DNA from: a virus
Length of the DNA: 64,000 nucleotides
Reading direction: 5' to 3' (one strand)
Virus record (IMG/VR): IMGVR_UViG_3300046167_000876
Positions 39,612 through 49,046 of the stretch are shown piece after piece (positions within the stretch are counted from its first letter, which is position 1; each line of letters begins with the position of its first letter). The notes below the pieces were generated by a model that was not told the origin of the DNA, ran no database searches, and saw only the letters and a list, made by a program, of their open reading frames with translations. A program made the position numbers and the translations under genes.

Positions 39612-42600
39612 ATGACAGGAAATCTAATAGGAGAAGAATTTGATGATTATGTTTTTAATCAAATAAATGCAAGACAAACCCTTTCAGGAAAAGGGTATGA
39701 TGTAACTAATTTAGAAGATTCTAATCTTTTATCTCCAAGAGAAATTAATTTATTAAATAATAAATCTTCATTTATTAAATTAGCATCTGGAGTTGACTTT
39801 TTTAGTTATTTAGATATCCCAACTTTTGATGAAGCTTATAAATCTGGTGCTATAGATCCTAATGGTATTTTTGAGTGGGGGGGAGCACATAAATTAAAGG
39901 ATACAAATGAGGAAAGAGAAAATGGTTATATAATATTAGACAGAGGTCAGGAGGAATATAAATTATATAAAGAACAAATAAAACAAAATAACAAAAACCA
40001 AAGATTAATGGGAATCCAAAAACTCAGAAATATAGGTTTTAGTTTAGAACAAGCAAAAAGTTTTTCAAATACTAATCAATTAGCAAAAAGTGCAGTATTA
40101 TTTGCAGGTTTAGGTTCACTTCAATCTGATAAAACTATTAAATCAAGATTTGGAATTTCTGAAGATGGTAACTCAATTTGGAATCCTGATTCAGCTTATG
40201 GATTAGGAGGAAATCAATTTGGTAAACAACCAATGCCTGGTATTACATCGGCTACTGTAAATTGTATAAATAGAGGATCAATTAGATCTGCAACAATACA
40301 AATTAAAGCCTATAATACTTTTCAATTTCAATTAATTGAATTATTATATTTAAAATTAGGTTTTACTATGATGTTAGAATGGGGACATAATAAATATTTT
40401 AGTAGCGAAGGACTTTTAGAAGAAGTAGGATCAACTCTAATAGAAGATTCATTTTTTTCATCATCCCCTAAAACACAATTAAGTGTATTAAAAAATATTG
40501 AAAACTATAGAAAAACATACCAAGGTAATTATGATGGATTCTTTGGTAGAGTAACTAATTTTGATTGGGATTTCTCCCCAGATGGTACTTATAATATTAC
40601 CATAAAATTAGTAACTTTAGGAGATATTATAGAATCTTTACAAGTAAATATTCCTGCCCCTATAAATTCTCTAGCTTCAGATAAATCTGAAGTTAATGGT
40701 TCAAACACAATAGAGGTATGGTTAAATAAATGGGAAAAACGTAATGCTAAAGTTGGGGGTTCAACAACAGTATATAGACCTAATAAAAAATTTTTAAATC
40801 TTTTAAATGCTAATTACGAAAGGCAAATTGCTGAAGAAGTTTTTAGATATACTAACCCTGATGGGTCAATTTTTAATGGTACTATGACCCAAGTTAAGGC
40901 ACAAATCCGAAAAAATTTAACTGAAGAATACAAAAAGGAAACTGGAGAAGAAGGTTTAAATAAAGAAAGATTTCAAGAAGAACTAAATAATTTTAAATCA
41001 CAACTTAATTCACAATTTAATATTACAAATGGGTTAACTAAAATGAATAGTTATTATACTACATTTGGAAATTTATTAGATGCTATACAAAAATATGTAG
41101 TACCTAGAGTAGTAAGTGGAGATCTAGATTCTCCTTTACTATCTATTGGAACAGATGAAGATGTTAATATTGTTAGTGCCCAACCTAATCAAATTTCATT
41201 TGATATTAGTAAATGTTTTATTAAACCTTCATTGAATATTGAAGGAGTTACTCCTCCCCAATTTTTACAAAATCAAAAAATTAAAGATTTTTTAGTTTTA
41301 GAAAAAACTGGTGATAAAGAAGATATAATTTATGGTAAATTAATGAATGTATACCTAAATTTTTCTTTTATAAGATCATGTTTAAATAAAAATATATCAA
41401 AAGAAGGAACTTTAGGTTTATTTAATTTCCTTTCATCTATATGTGATGGAATTAATAGTTCATTAGGTAATGTAAATAAAATAGAACCTATAATTAATAC
41501 TGAAATTAATGAAATAGTATTTATTGATCAAAATCCTATAAGGGGTAATAGTGAATTACTAAAAAGACTTTTAGAGAGAGTTCCTGAAAAACAAGAAATT
41601 ATTCCTTTTGAAGTTTTTGGGTTTAATTCTGATAAAGGTAAACCTAAATCAAATTTTATAAAAAATTTTAAATTTGAATCTAAAATACCCTCTAGTTTAG
41701 CTACTATGATGACTATAGGAACAACTGCTGGGGGTTCATCTTCTAAAACAATTGATGGTACTGCTTTTGCTTCTATGAATGCTGGATTTGTAGATAGATT
41801 CCAACCACAAATATTACCTCCCCCAGGTTTTCCTAATCCTATACAAGAAGCAGAACAAGCAGAAAAGGCTGAAGAAGAAGACGTAGAAGCTAAATTTGCA
41901 GCATATTGGGGAGTTAAAATTGATAGTATACTCCAGAGAAACTCATATGGAACTGTATTAAGGGATCTTGATATTGGGGGTTTAAGACAAAAAATGAAAG
42001 ACGATGTAACCCGTAATGTTGGTGTAGGTAATTCTATTAAATGGGTAATAAAAAGTGGAACCAGTTTAGTCCAATATAAAACGGGTAGAGGAGAACAAAA
42101 ATCAGGTACATATAATGGTTATACTTTTACAGGATTAACTTATAGAGAAGCATTAGATGGTTTTAAATCATTTAAATCAGGTGCAGGAGCAAATGTAGTA
42201 TCTGAAAATGATATTGATCTTGCTTCTTCTTATCAGCAGTGGATGATATACGCTCTTACTGGTAATTTAACAGGTAAAACAGATGTTAATGGGAATCCCT
42301 TTCGTATTGGTAATGATAGAGCACAATATCTTAACATGGAAAATAAAGACTTTTTTAAAAAAGGAAAACAAGCTTTTAGAGAATATGTTAATTTAAGAGA
42401 CCAAAAAGAATTTAGACTCTCAGGTACACCTTCAAATCAATCTGGTTTTTTACCTATAACTTTAAATATAACTATGGATGGGTTATCTGGAATGAAAATA
42501 TACCAAAAAATAAATGTTAATCAGAAATTTTTACCTCAAGAATATCAAACAAATAGTAGTACAGGTACATTAGATTTTATAATAACTAAAGTAGATCATA

Positions 42601-43388
42601 AATTGGCTGATAATAAATGGGAAACTTTAATATCTACTCTTAGTATACCTCCATCAGCACCTAAAAATGAAAAATTAGCAGATGAAGGAATATTTGAAGA
42701 AAATAAGGTTGTAACCGTTGAAGAGGATACAACTGAACCTATAGAAGGTGATCAAACCCGAATTGATGCTACACAGCTCCAACCTAATAAATTCATAAAA
42801 GACGAACTTAAAATATCTGAGGGTTATTATAGTGGAGGAGTAAATAGAGTATTTAGATCAAGTACTGTTGCTTATGCCTACCCAGATCCTAAACCTCGTA
42901 AAAAAATAAATCAAATAAAAAGAAAAAGTGATTATTATCCGGGTAAAGAAAATGAACCTTGGACTATTGGATATGGACAAACTTATTATGCACAAGGACA
43001 ACAATACGAAAGAGGAGGACAATTATTAACAGGTAAAGGTACCAGAGCATTATCCCCAGTAAAAGAAGGAGACTCTATTACTAAAGAATCAGCTGAAATG
43101 GGATTTGATAATGTATTATTAGGAATAGCTAAAACTATGTCATCTAAAAAAAGAATAAAAGTGCCTCTAACCCAAAATGAATATAATGCTCTTTTATCTT
43201 TCTCATATAATTCTGGGCCTGGTGTATCAAATCCTAAGAAAAAACTTTATAGCTTAATTAATACAAAACAATATGTAGCAGCGGGGTTTGAATTAGAAAA
43301 AACTCTTACTAATAATGGACAATTATTGTCTAGAAGAAAAAAAGAATCTGACATATGGTTTACTAATAATCCTGGAGATCCAATTTAA
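39612..43388 (+). CDS. Baseplate hub protein with C-terminal GH24 lysozyme domain
   Basis: PMPGI, LEWG hub motifs; SEG..AYPD..WTIGYG..LTQNEYNALLSFSYN..RRKKE lysozyme motifs. Confidence 0.75.
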   Translation: MTGNLIGEEFDDYVFNQINARQTLSGKGYDVTNLEDSNLLSPREINLLNNKSSFIKLASGVDFFSYLDIPTFDEAYKSGAIDPNGIFEWGGAHKLKDTNEERENGYIILDRGQEEYKLYKEQIKQNNKNQRLMGIQKLRNIGFSLEQAKSFSNTNQLAKSAVLFAGLGSLQSDKTIKSRFGISEDGNSIWNPDSAYGLGGNQFGKQPMPGITSATVNCINRGSIRSATIQIKAYNTFQFQLIELLYLKLGFTMMLEWGHNKYFSSEGLLEEVGSTLIEDSFFSSSPKTQLSVLKNIENYRKTYQGNYDGFFGRVTNFDWDFSPDGTYNITIKLVTLGDIIESLQVNIPAPINSLASDKSEVNGSNTIEVWLNKWEKRNAKVGGSTTVYRPNKKFLNLLNANYERQIAEEVFRYTNPDGSIFNGTMTQVKAQIRKNLTEEYKKETGEEGLNKERFQEELNNFKSQLNSQFNITNGLTKMNSYYTTFGNLLDAIQKYVVPRVVSGDLDSPLLSIGTDEDVNIVSAQPNQISFDISKCFIKPSLNIEGVTPPQFLQNQKIKDFLVLEKTGDKEDIIYGKLMNVYLNFSFIRSCLNKNISKEGTLGLFNFLSSICDGINSSLGNVNKIEPIINTEINEIVFIDQNPIRGNSELLKRLLERVPEKQEIIPFEVFGFNSDKGKPKSNFIKNFKFESKIPSSLATMMTIGTTAGGSSSKTIDGTAFASMNAGFVDRFQPQILPPPGFPNPIQEAEQAEKAEEEDVEAKFAAYWGVKIDSILQRNSYGTVLRDLDIGGLRQKMKDDVTRNVGVGNSIKWVIKSGTSLVQYKTGRGEQKSGTYNGYTFTGLTYREALDGFKSFKSGAGANVVSENDIDLASSYQQWMIYALTGNLTGKTDVNGNPFRIGNDRAQYLNMENKDFFKKGKQAFREYVNLRDQKEFRLSGTPSNQSGFLPITLNITMDGLSGMKIYQKINVNQKFLPQEYQTNSSTGTLDFIITKVDHKLADNKWETLISTLSIPPSAPKNEKLADEGIFEENKVVTVEEDTTEPIEGDQTRIDATQLQPNKFIKDELKISEGYYSGGVNRVFRSSTVAYAYPDPKPRKKINQIKRKSDYYPGKENEPWTIGYGQTYYAQGQQYERGGQLLTGKGTRALSPVKEGDSITKESAEMGFDNVLLGIAKTMSSKKRIKVPLTQNEYNALLSFSYNSGPGVSNPKKKLYSLINTKQYVAAGFELEKTLTNNGQLLSRRKKESDIWFTNNPGDPI

Positions 43389-43393
43389 AAATT

Positions 43394-44260
43394 ATGTATT
43401 ATCCTAAATCTCAAATACAAGAAAATTTATATACCAATGGTAATGAATATATAATAGCTTCAACATCAAAGCCTTATATAGGTTATTACTATCAAACTTC
43501 TAATAACCAAAGATTTACAGGAAAAAATCCTAATGATACCCCTAATTTTCAACTAATAAGTAAACCATCTAATATACTATCAAATGATATTGTATCTGAA
43601 ACTAATGGAACTGCAACCCCAAATGCTTTTTGGTCTAATGAATACCAATATATAAATAAAAAACAGGGAATAAACCTTCCTACTCCCGCATCACCCCCTG
43701 TTCAAATTACCCCTTTACCTACAGATAATAATTATTCTAATGGTTTTTTTACAAGATATTTTTTATATAATTTTGTAGAAAAATCTACTATAGAAACTAA
43801 TAGTTTAAATTATTCAATGTTTTTATCAAAATCTCCTAATACTCAATATGATAGATTTACTCCACTAACTTTATCTTGGAGTTTAACTGGTAAATATAAT
43901 AGTGTATTTAAATCGAATAAAAATAATGTAAATCTTTTAGAACAAAGAACCAGATCTTTTGGATTTAGTAACTTTTTTAAAGATAAATATGCTCAATATT
44001 ATCAATATAAAGATAATGAAAATTTATATAGTAATGGAAAAGAGATAAGATATACTAAAACTAAAAAACCTTATATTGGTTATTATCATATACACCCTGA
44101 AAAAGGACCAATGGTTGGGAGGCAACATACAATGGAAGCCCATGATTATTTGGAATTTACAACAACAGGTTCTATATTAAACTCATTACCTCCAACTCCA
44201 CAATCTGGTTCATATAATGAACCTACAAAAGTAATCCCAAATACATTTGGAGGCTATTAA
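43394..44260 (+). CDS. Putative baseplate-associated protein
   Basis: Duplicated ENLYxNG.E..KPYIGYY module at both termini. Confidence 0.55.
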   Translation: MYYPKSQIQENLYTNGNEYIIASTSKPYIGYYYQTSNNQRFTGKNPNDTPNFQLISKPSNILSNDIVSETNGTATPNAFWSNEYQYINKKQGINLPTPASPPVQITPLPTDNNYSNGFFTRYFLYNFVEKSTIETNSLNYSMFLSKSPNTQYDRFTPLTLSWSLTGKYNSVFKSNKNNVNLLEQRTRSFGFSNFFKDKYAQYYQYKDNENLYSNGKEIRYTKTKKPYIGYYHIHPEKGPMVGRQHTMEAHDYLEFTTTGSILNSLPPTPQSGSYNEPTKVIPNTFGGY

Positions 44261-44275
44261 TTGAGTTCGTATATT
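44246..44275 (+). promoter_or_regulatory. Class E promoter of the replication module
   Basis: TTTG-N20-TATATT. Confidence 0.65.
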
Positions 44276-44293
44276 AGGGTAAAATAAGGTTAT

Positions 44294-45565
44294 ATGTACT
44301 GGCTTGTAGAAGACGAGGAGCAGTTAAATGTTTTAATAAATAGTGGTTATAAAGAGGCTTTCATTGAGGTAATACCTTATAATGACACAATACACCCCAC
44401 ACAAAATCATGTTAGTTTAGTGTATATTAGACCAATTGAAGCGAGTAAAGGCTTTATGGTATGCATTACACATAGTGAATGTTTAAATGTGTTAAACACG
44501 CGTATAAACGATTTATTAAATAAATTTGAAGTATTATATTGTCGTGATAAAAAGGAAATATTACACTATTTTCCAATCAAAACTCTTTATGACATAACAC
44601 CACCCCCTACTACGTATATACGACCTACAACACAAACACATGATTTATATTATCGTGAACACAAAGATAATCCGGAGTTAAACTTAATTATACCGATTGT
44701 TAAACATTATGAATTGTGTGAAACGATTTTTAGAGATCTAAAAACAAATATTAACATAGAAAAAACTAAATATGATGAATTCTTTAACAGTAGAGTATCC
44801 GTGGTATTCAACGCTATCGAGAGAAGTGGAATACGTATACACAACAAAACCTTCAATGAATATTTCCATCCCGTTGATGGTGAATACATCTACACTCAGT
44901 TCAACTTAAAAACAACAACAACAAGACCCTCAAATAAATTTAAAAATGTAAATTATGCCGCACTTAATAAAGAAAATGGTTGTAGAAAAAGTTTTATACC
45001 ACGTAATAATAGGTTTGTGGAAATTGATATTTCTGCTTACCATCCTAGCTTGTCTGCTCGTCTTATTGATTATGATTTTGCCGGGGTTGATATTCACGCT
45101 CATTTTGCTTCCTTATATGGAGTGGATTATAAAAAATCGAAAGAACTTACCTTCAAACAGCTCTATGGAGGCGTTTTTGACAATTACAAAGGCCTGGAAT
45201 TCTTTCAAAAAATCGAAAAATACGTAGGAGAACTTTGGAGTAAGTTTCAAAGCGATGGGTTTGTAGAATGTAAGATTTCTGGGTATAGATATGAAAAAGA
45301 AAACTTGGATAATATGAATCCACAAAAGTTATTTAATTACATTTTACAAAATTTAGAAACGTCTACAAATGTGTTGATATTGTGGGATATACTTTGTATA
45401 TTACGAGAATATAAAACGAAACTAGTACTATATACTTATGATTCGTTTTTATTTGATTGGGATGAGAATGAAACAGAATTATTAGAGAAAATAAGAGATA
45501 TTTTCAAAAAATATAAATTAAATATTAAAGAAATAGAAGGTTATGACTACAATTTTACAAAATAG
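44294..45565 (+). CDS. Short, divergent family A DNA polymerase
   Basis: TTTRPS, EIDISAYHP (motif A), KELTFKQLYG (motif B), NYILQ, YTYDSF (motif C). Confidence 0.75.
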   Translation: MYWLVEDEEQLNVLINSGYKEAFIEVIPYNDTIHPTQNHVSLVYIRPIEASKGFMVCITHSECLNVLNTRINDLLNKFEVLYCRDKKEILHYFPIKTLYDITPPPTTYIRPTTQTHDLYYREHKDNPELNLIIPIVKHYELCETIFRDLKTNINIEKTKYDEFFNSRVSVVFNAIERSGIRIHNKTFNEYFHPVDGEYIYTQFNLKTTTTRPSNKFKNVNYAALNKENGCRKSFIPRNNRFVEIDISAYHPSLSARLIDYDFAGVDIHAHFASLYGVDYKKSKELTFKQLYGGVFDNYKGLEFFQKIEKYVGELWSKFQSDGFVECKISGYRYEKENLDNMNPQKLFNYILQNLETSTNVLILWDILCILREYKTKLVLYTYDSFLFDWDENETELLEKIRDIFKKYKLNIKEIEGYDYNFTK

Positions 45566-46010
45566 AACTAATACGTATAATGCGAATTATGATGTCATAA
45601 AAGACATCCAAAACGCAGGAGATTTGAATAATAAATTATTTTGTACTTTCACCAACTTAGAAGGGTTAGATGCACTTATTGAAGAAATACAATCGAGATA
45701 TACAATCATATATAATAAAATGTTTGTTTTAGAAATTGTAGATAAAGATGAATATGTGGTTACATATAATGTAGACCAAGGAAATGTACACACAATCCCA
45801 GACAATACTATTTTAGTACATAGAAAAAAGGAATCCAACACCTTATATACAATTAATGCTCTTAACGAACTTATTAAAAAGTTAAATGGTGGTGTAGTAG
45901 ATACTAAATATAAAGTAGATTGGCAACATTATAGAAATTGTGTTTTACTTACACAACATAATGATTTAAACCAATTAAATACAAAAATATATAAAATAAT
46001 CGAAGTATAA
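45543..46010 (+). CDS. Conserved hypothetical protein (true start possibly TTG at 45624)
   Basis: HRKKESNTLYTINALN; a late-type motif at 45571 lies inside the annotated 5' end. Confidence 0.65.
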   Translation: MTTILQNRTNTYNANYDVIKDIQNAGDLNNKLFCTFTNLEGLDALIEEIQSRYTIIYNKMFVLEIVDKDEYVVTYNVDQGNVHTIPDNTILVHRKKESNTLYTINALNELIKKLNGGVVDTKYKVDWQHYRNCVLLTQHNDLNQLNTKIYKIIEV

Positions 46011-46040
46011 TTTGGTTCCCCAAATTTCATTTCGTATATT
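46011..46040 (+). promoter_or_regulatory. Class E promoter
   Basis: TTTG-N20-TATATT. Confidence 0.65.
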
Positions 46041-46082
46041 AGGTTACATATAAACAGTTATAATTAAAAATAAGTTACAATT

Positions 46083-46910
46083 ATGGATTTAAATGCACTA
46101 AAGCAAAAATTGGATACCCTCCAATCAAAACCACAGGGTGGTCAAAAGACCGATTACACAACAATTTTTTGGAGACCTACAGTAGGTAAACAACAAATTA
46201 GAATCGTACCATCAGCGTATGATGCTTCCAACCCATTTACTGAGTTGAAGTTTTATTATGGAATTACTAATAAAGTAATGATTTCACCTCTTAATTTTGG
46301 GGAAAAAGACCCTATTGCTCTATTCGCGGGGAAACTACGTGAAGGTGAGTATAATAAAGAGAATTATATACTTGCTAAAAAGCTAGATGCTAAAAACCGA
46401 ATTTTTGTTCCTGTAGTAGTACGTGGAGAAGAAGATAAAGGTGTTAGACTATGGCAATTTGGGAAACAAGTATATGAAGAATTATTAGCACTTGCAGTTG
46501 ATGATGAAATTGGAGATTATACTGACATTGTAAATGGTAGAGATCTTACAGTAGAAACAGTAGGACCAGAATCAACAGGTACTCCTTATAATAAATCATC
46601 AGTTAGAGTTAGATTAAAAACCTCTCCACTTAGTGAAGATGCTACACTAGTAGAAAAATGGACAAATGAACAACCAAACCCAACAGATGGTTTATTTAAA
46701 AGATATTCATTTGAAGACATGAAATCAGCTTTAGAAAAATGGTTATCACCAGAAGAAGATGAAGAAGAAGTAGTTGCTACTCCAGTAGCAGCTAAACCAG
46801 CTACAAACTTTAGTTTAGATACTTCAAAAGCTAAACAAAGTAAAGTAGATCAATTTGATTCTTTATTTGAAAATAAAGCTAGTAATGAAGTTGATGATCT
46901 ACCTTTCTAA
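46083..46910 (+). CDS. Single-stranded DNA-binding protein (gp32-like)
   Basis: FWRP..QIRIVP, LWQFGK, GRDL; acidic tail ending DDLPF. Confidence 0.8.
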   Translation: MDLNALKQKLDTLQSKPQGGQKTDYTTIFWRPTVGKQQIRIVPSAYDASNPFTELKFYYGITNKVMISPLNFGEKDPIALFAGKLREGEYNKENYILAKKLDAKNRIFVPVVVRGEEDKGVRLWQFGKQVYEELLALAVDDEIGDYTDIVNGRDLTVETVGPESTGTPYNKSSVRVRLKTSPLSEDATLVEKWTNEQPNPTDGLFKRYSFEDMKSALEKWLSPEEDEEEVVATPVAAKPATNFSLDTSKAKQSKVDQFDSLFENKASNEVDDLPF

Positions 46911-46912
46911 AT

Positions 46913-47986
46913 ATGGCAAGAAAAGCATCGAAGTCTCTCTCGGCGGCAGTATCCGCCGAGATTAAGAGCAAATTTGACTTAAATAAATTTAAATCATCTA
47001 AAGGTTTAGATAAAAACGTTAAATTTAAGGAACAAAAATGGATACCATTATCTCCTGCTTTTCAAGAAATTGCTGGAGTACCTGGGGTACCCATGGGACA
47101 TATTTCATTACTTAGAGGACATTCTGATACAGGTAAAACAACTGCTTTACTTGAAGCTGCAGTATCAGCACAAAAAATGGGAATATTACCTGTTTTTATT
47201 ATTACTGAGATGAAATGGAATTGGGAACATGCCGCTCAAATGGGATTAGAAGTTAAACTAATCAAAGATGATGAAGGTAATGTTATTGATTATGAGGGAA
47301 ACTTTATTTATGTTGATAGAGAAACTTTACATACTATTGAAGACGTAGCAGCATTTATAATGGATCTACAGAATGAACAGAAAAAAGGTAATCTACCTTA
47401 TGATTTAGCATTTTTCTGGGATAGTATTGGATCAATTCCTTGTGCAATGTCAGTTGAAAAGTTGAAAAACAATAACGAATGGAATGCTGGAGCCATGTCA
47501 ACACAATTTGGTAATACAGTTAACCAGAGTATTGTAATGTCTCGTAAAGAATCATCACCATATACTAATACTTTAATTTGTATTAATAAAGTATGGACAG
47601 CCAAAGCAGAATCACCTATGGGTCAACCTAAAATGATGAATAAAGGTGGAATGGCTATGTGGTATGATGCAACATTTGTAGTTACCTTTGGAAATGTTTC
47701 TAATGCTGGAACTTCTAAAATTAAAGCAATTAAAGGTGGTAAGCAAGTAGAATGGGGTAAAAGAACAAATTTACAGATTGATAAAAATCATGTTAATGGT
47801 ATGCAATCAAGAGGTAAAATTGTTATGACAAATCATGGTTTTATTACAGATACTGATAAAGATAAGAATGCCTACAAGAAAGAACATTCAGATGAATGGA
47901 CAAAAATCTTGGGTGGAGGAACATTCAAAATTGTAGAAGACCAAGAAGATGTAACCCCTGTACTTTACGACGTACAAGACTTATAA
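46913..47986 (+). CDS. RecA/UvsX-like recombinase
   Basis: GHSDTGKTT, ITEMK, WDSIGS, INKV, KGG. Confidence 0.85.
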   Translation: MARKASKSLSAAVSAEIKSKFDLNKFKSSKGLDKNVKFKEQKWIPLSPAFQEIAGVPGVPMGHISLLRGHSDTGKTTALLEAAVSAQKMGILPVFIITEMKWNWEHAAQMGLEVKLIKDDEGNVIDYEGNFIYVDRETLHTIEDVAAFIMDLQNEQKKGNLPYDLAFFWDSIGSIPCAMSVEKLKNNNEWNAGAMSTQFGNTVNQSIVMSRKESSPYTNTLICINKVWTAKAESPMGQPKMMNKGGMAMWYDATFVVTFGNVSNAGTSKIKAIKGGKQVEWGKRTNLQIDKNHVNGMQSRGKIVMTNHGFITDTDKDKNAYKKEHSDEWTKILGGGTFKIVEDQEDVTPVLYDVQDL

Positions 47987-47994
47987 ATAAAAAC

Positions 47995-49035
47995 ATGAAG
48001 CATAAAGAGTTATTTAATCTTCTGGATAATATCCAAGAAGATCAGGAGATCCCTACCCAAAATAGACACGACAGAGTATTAATTTTAGATGGTTTAAATT
48101 TATTTTTTAGAAATTTTGCTATGATGAATATGGTTAATCCTGATGGGGTCCATATTGGAGGATTAGGTGGGTTTTTTCGCTCTTTAGGTGCTATGATTAG
48201 ACAAACAAATCCAACATCTGTTTATGTAGTATTCGACGGAGCAGGTTCAACCGTAAATCGTAAGAATCTGCTCTCCGAATATAAAGGTACTAGAAATTTA
48301 CAACGAATTACTAATTGGGAAGCATTTGATAATCTTGAAGAAGAACATGATTCAAAAATTGACCAAATAGTGCGTATAATCCAGTATTTAAAGCTATTAC
48401 CTGTTAAAACCACTATAATCGATAAAGTTGAAGCTGATGATATTATAGCAGTGTTAGCTGAAAAATTAGTAGAAAAATGTAATTCAACTTGTTTTATAGT
48501 ATCTAGCGATAAAGATTTTCTACAGTTAGTAACAGATAAGATTATTGTTTACAGACCAATGGAAAAAGAGTACTATACTCCTAAAACTGTAGAAGAAAAA
48601 TTTGGATTAAAACCTACTAATTTTATTTTACATAAAGTATTACTAGGAGATAATTCAGATAATATTCGAGGAATTAAAGGTTTAGGTGCAAAAGGTATAT
48701 TTAAAAAATTTCCTGAATTAAAAACCCATGATTTAACTTTAGATGATATTTTCGATATATCTGCTAGGAAATTTAAGGATCATGTTGTATATTCCCGTAT
48801 TGTTCAAGAACAAGCTAGAATTGAAACTAATTATAAGGTTATGGATTTAAGTATCCCAATGATTGATGATAAAGGAAAAGAACATATAGATAATTTAATA
48901 AATGAAGGTTTACCTGAATTTAATCCTGAAATGTTTATATCATTTTATAATGAAGATAAATTAGGAGGGATGATTAGAAATTTAGATTCATGGTTAAAAG
49001 ATATATTTGCTCTATTTCCAACTTATAAAAAATAA
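47995..49035 (+). CDS. 5'-3' exonuclease / RNase H (flap endonuclease family)
   Basis: LDGLN, VFDG, YKGTR, EADD, SSDKD, GDNSDNIRGIKG; ATG at 47995 is the likelier start. Confidence 0.9.
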   Translation: MKHKELFNLLDNIQEDQEIPTQNRHDRVLILDGLNLFFRNFAMMNMVNPDGVHIGGLGGFFRSLGAMIRQTNPTSVYVVFDGAGSTVNRKNLLSEYKGTRNLQRITNWEAFDNLEEEHDSKIDQIVRIIQYLKLLPVKTTIIDKVEADDIIAVLAEKLVEKCNSTCFIVSSDKDFLQLVTDKIIVYRPMEKEYYTPKTVEEKFGLKPTNFILHKVLLGDNSDNIRGIKGLGAKGIFKKFPELKTHDLTLDDIFDISARKFKDHVVYSRIVQEQARIETNYKVMDLSIPMIDDKGKEHIDNLINEGLPEFNPEMFISFYNEDKLGGMIRNLDSWLKDIFALFPTYKK

Positions 49036-49046
49036 AAAGGTTATAA

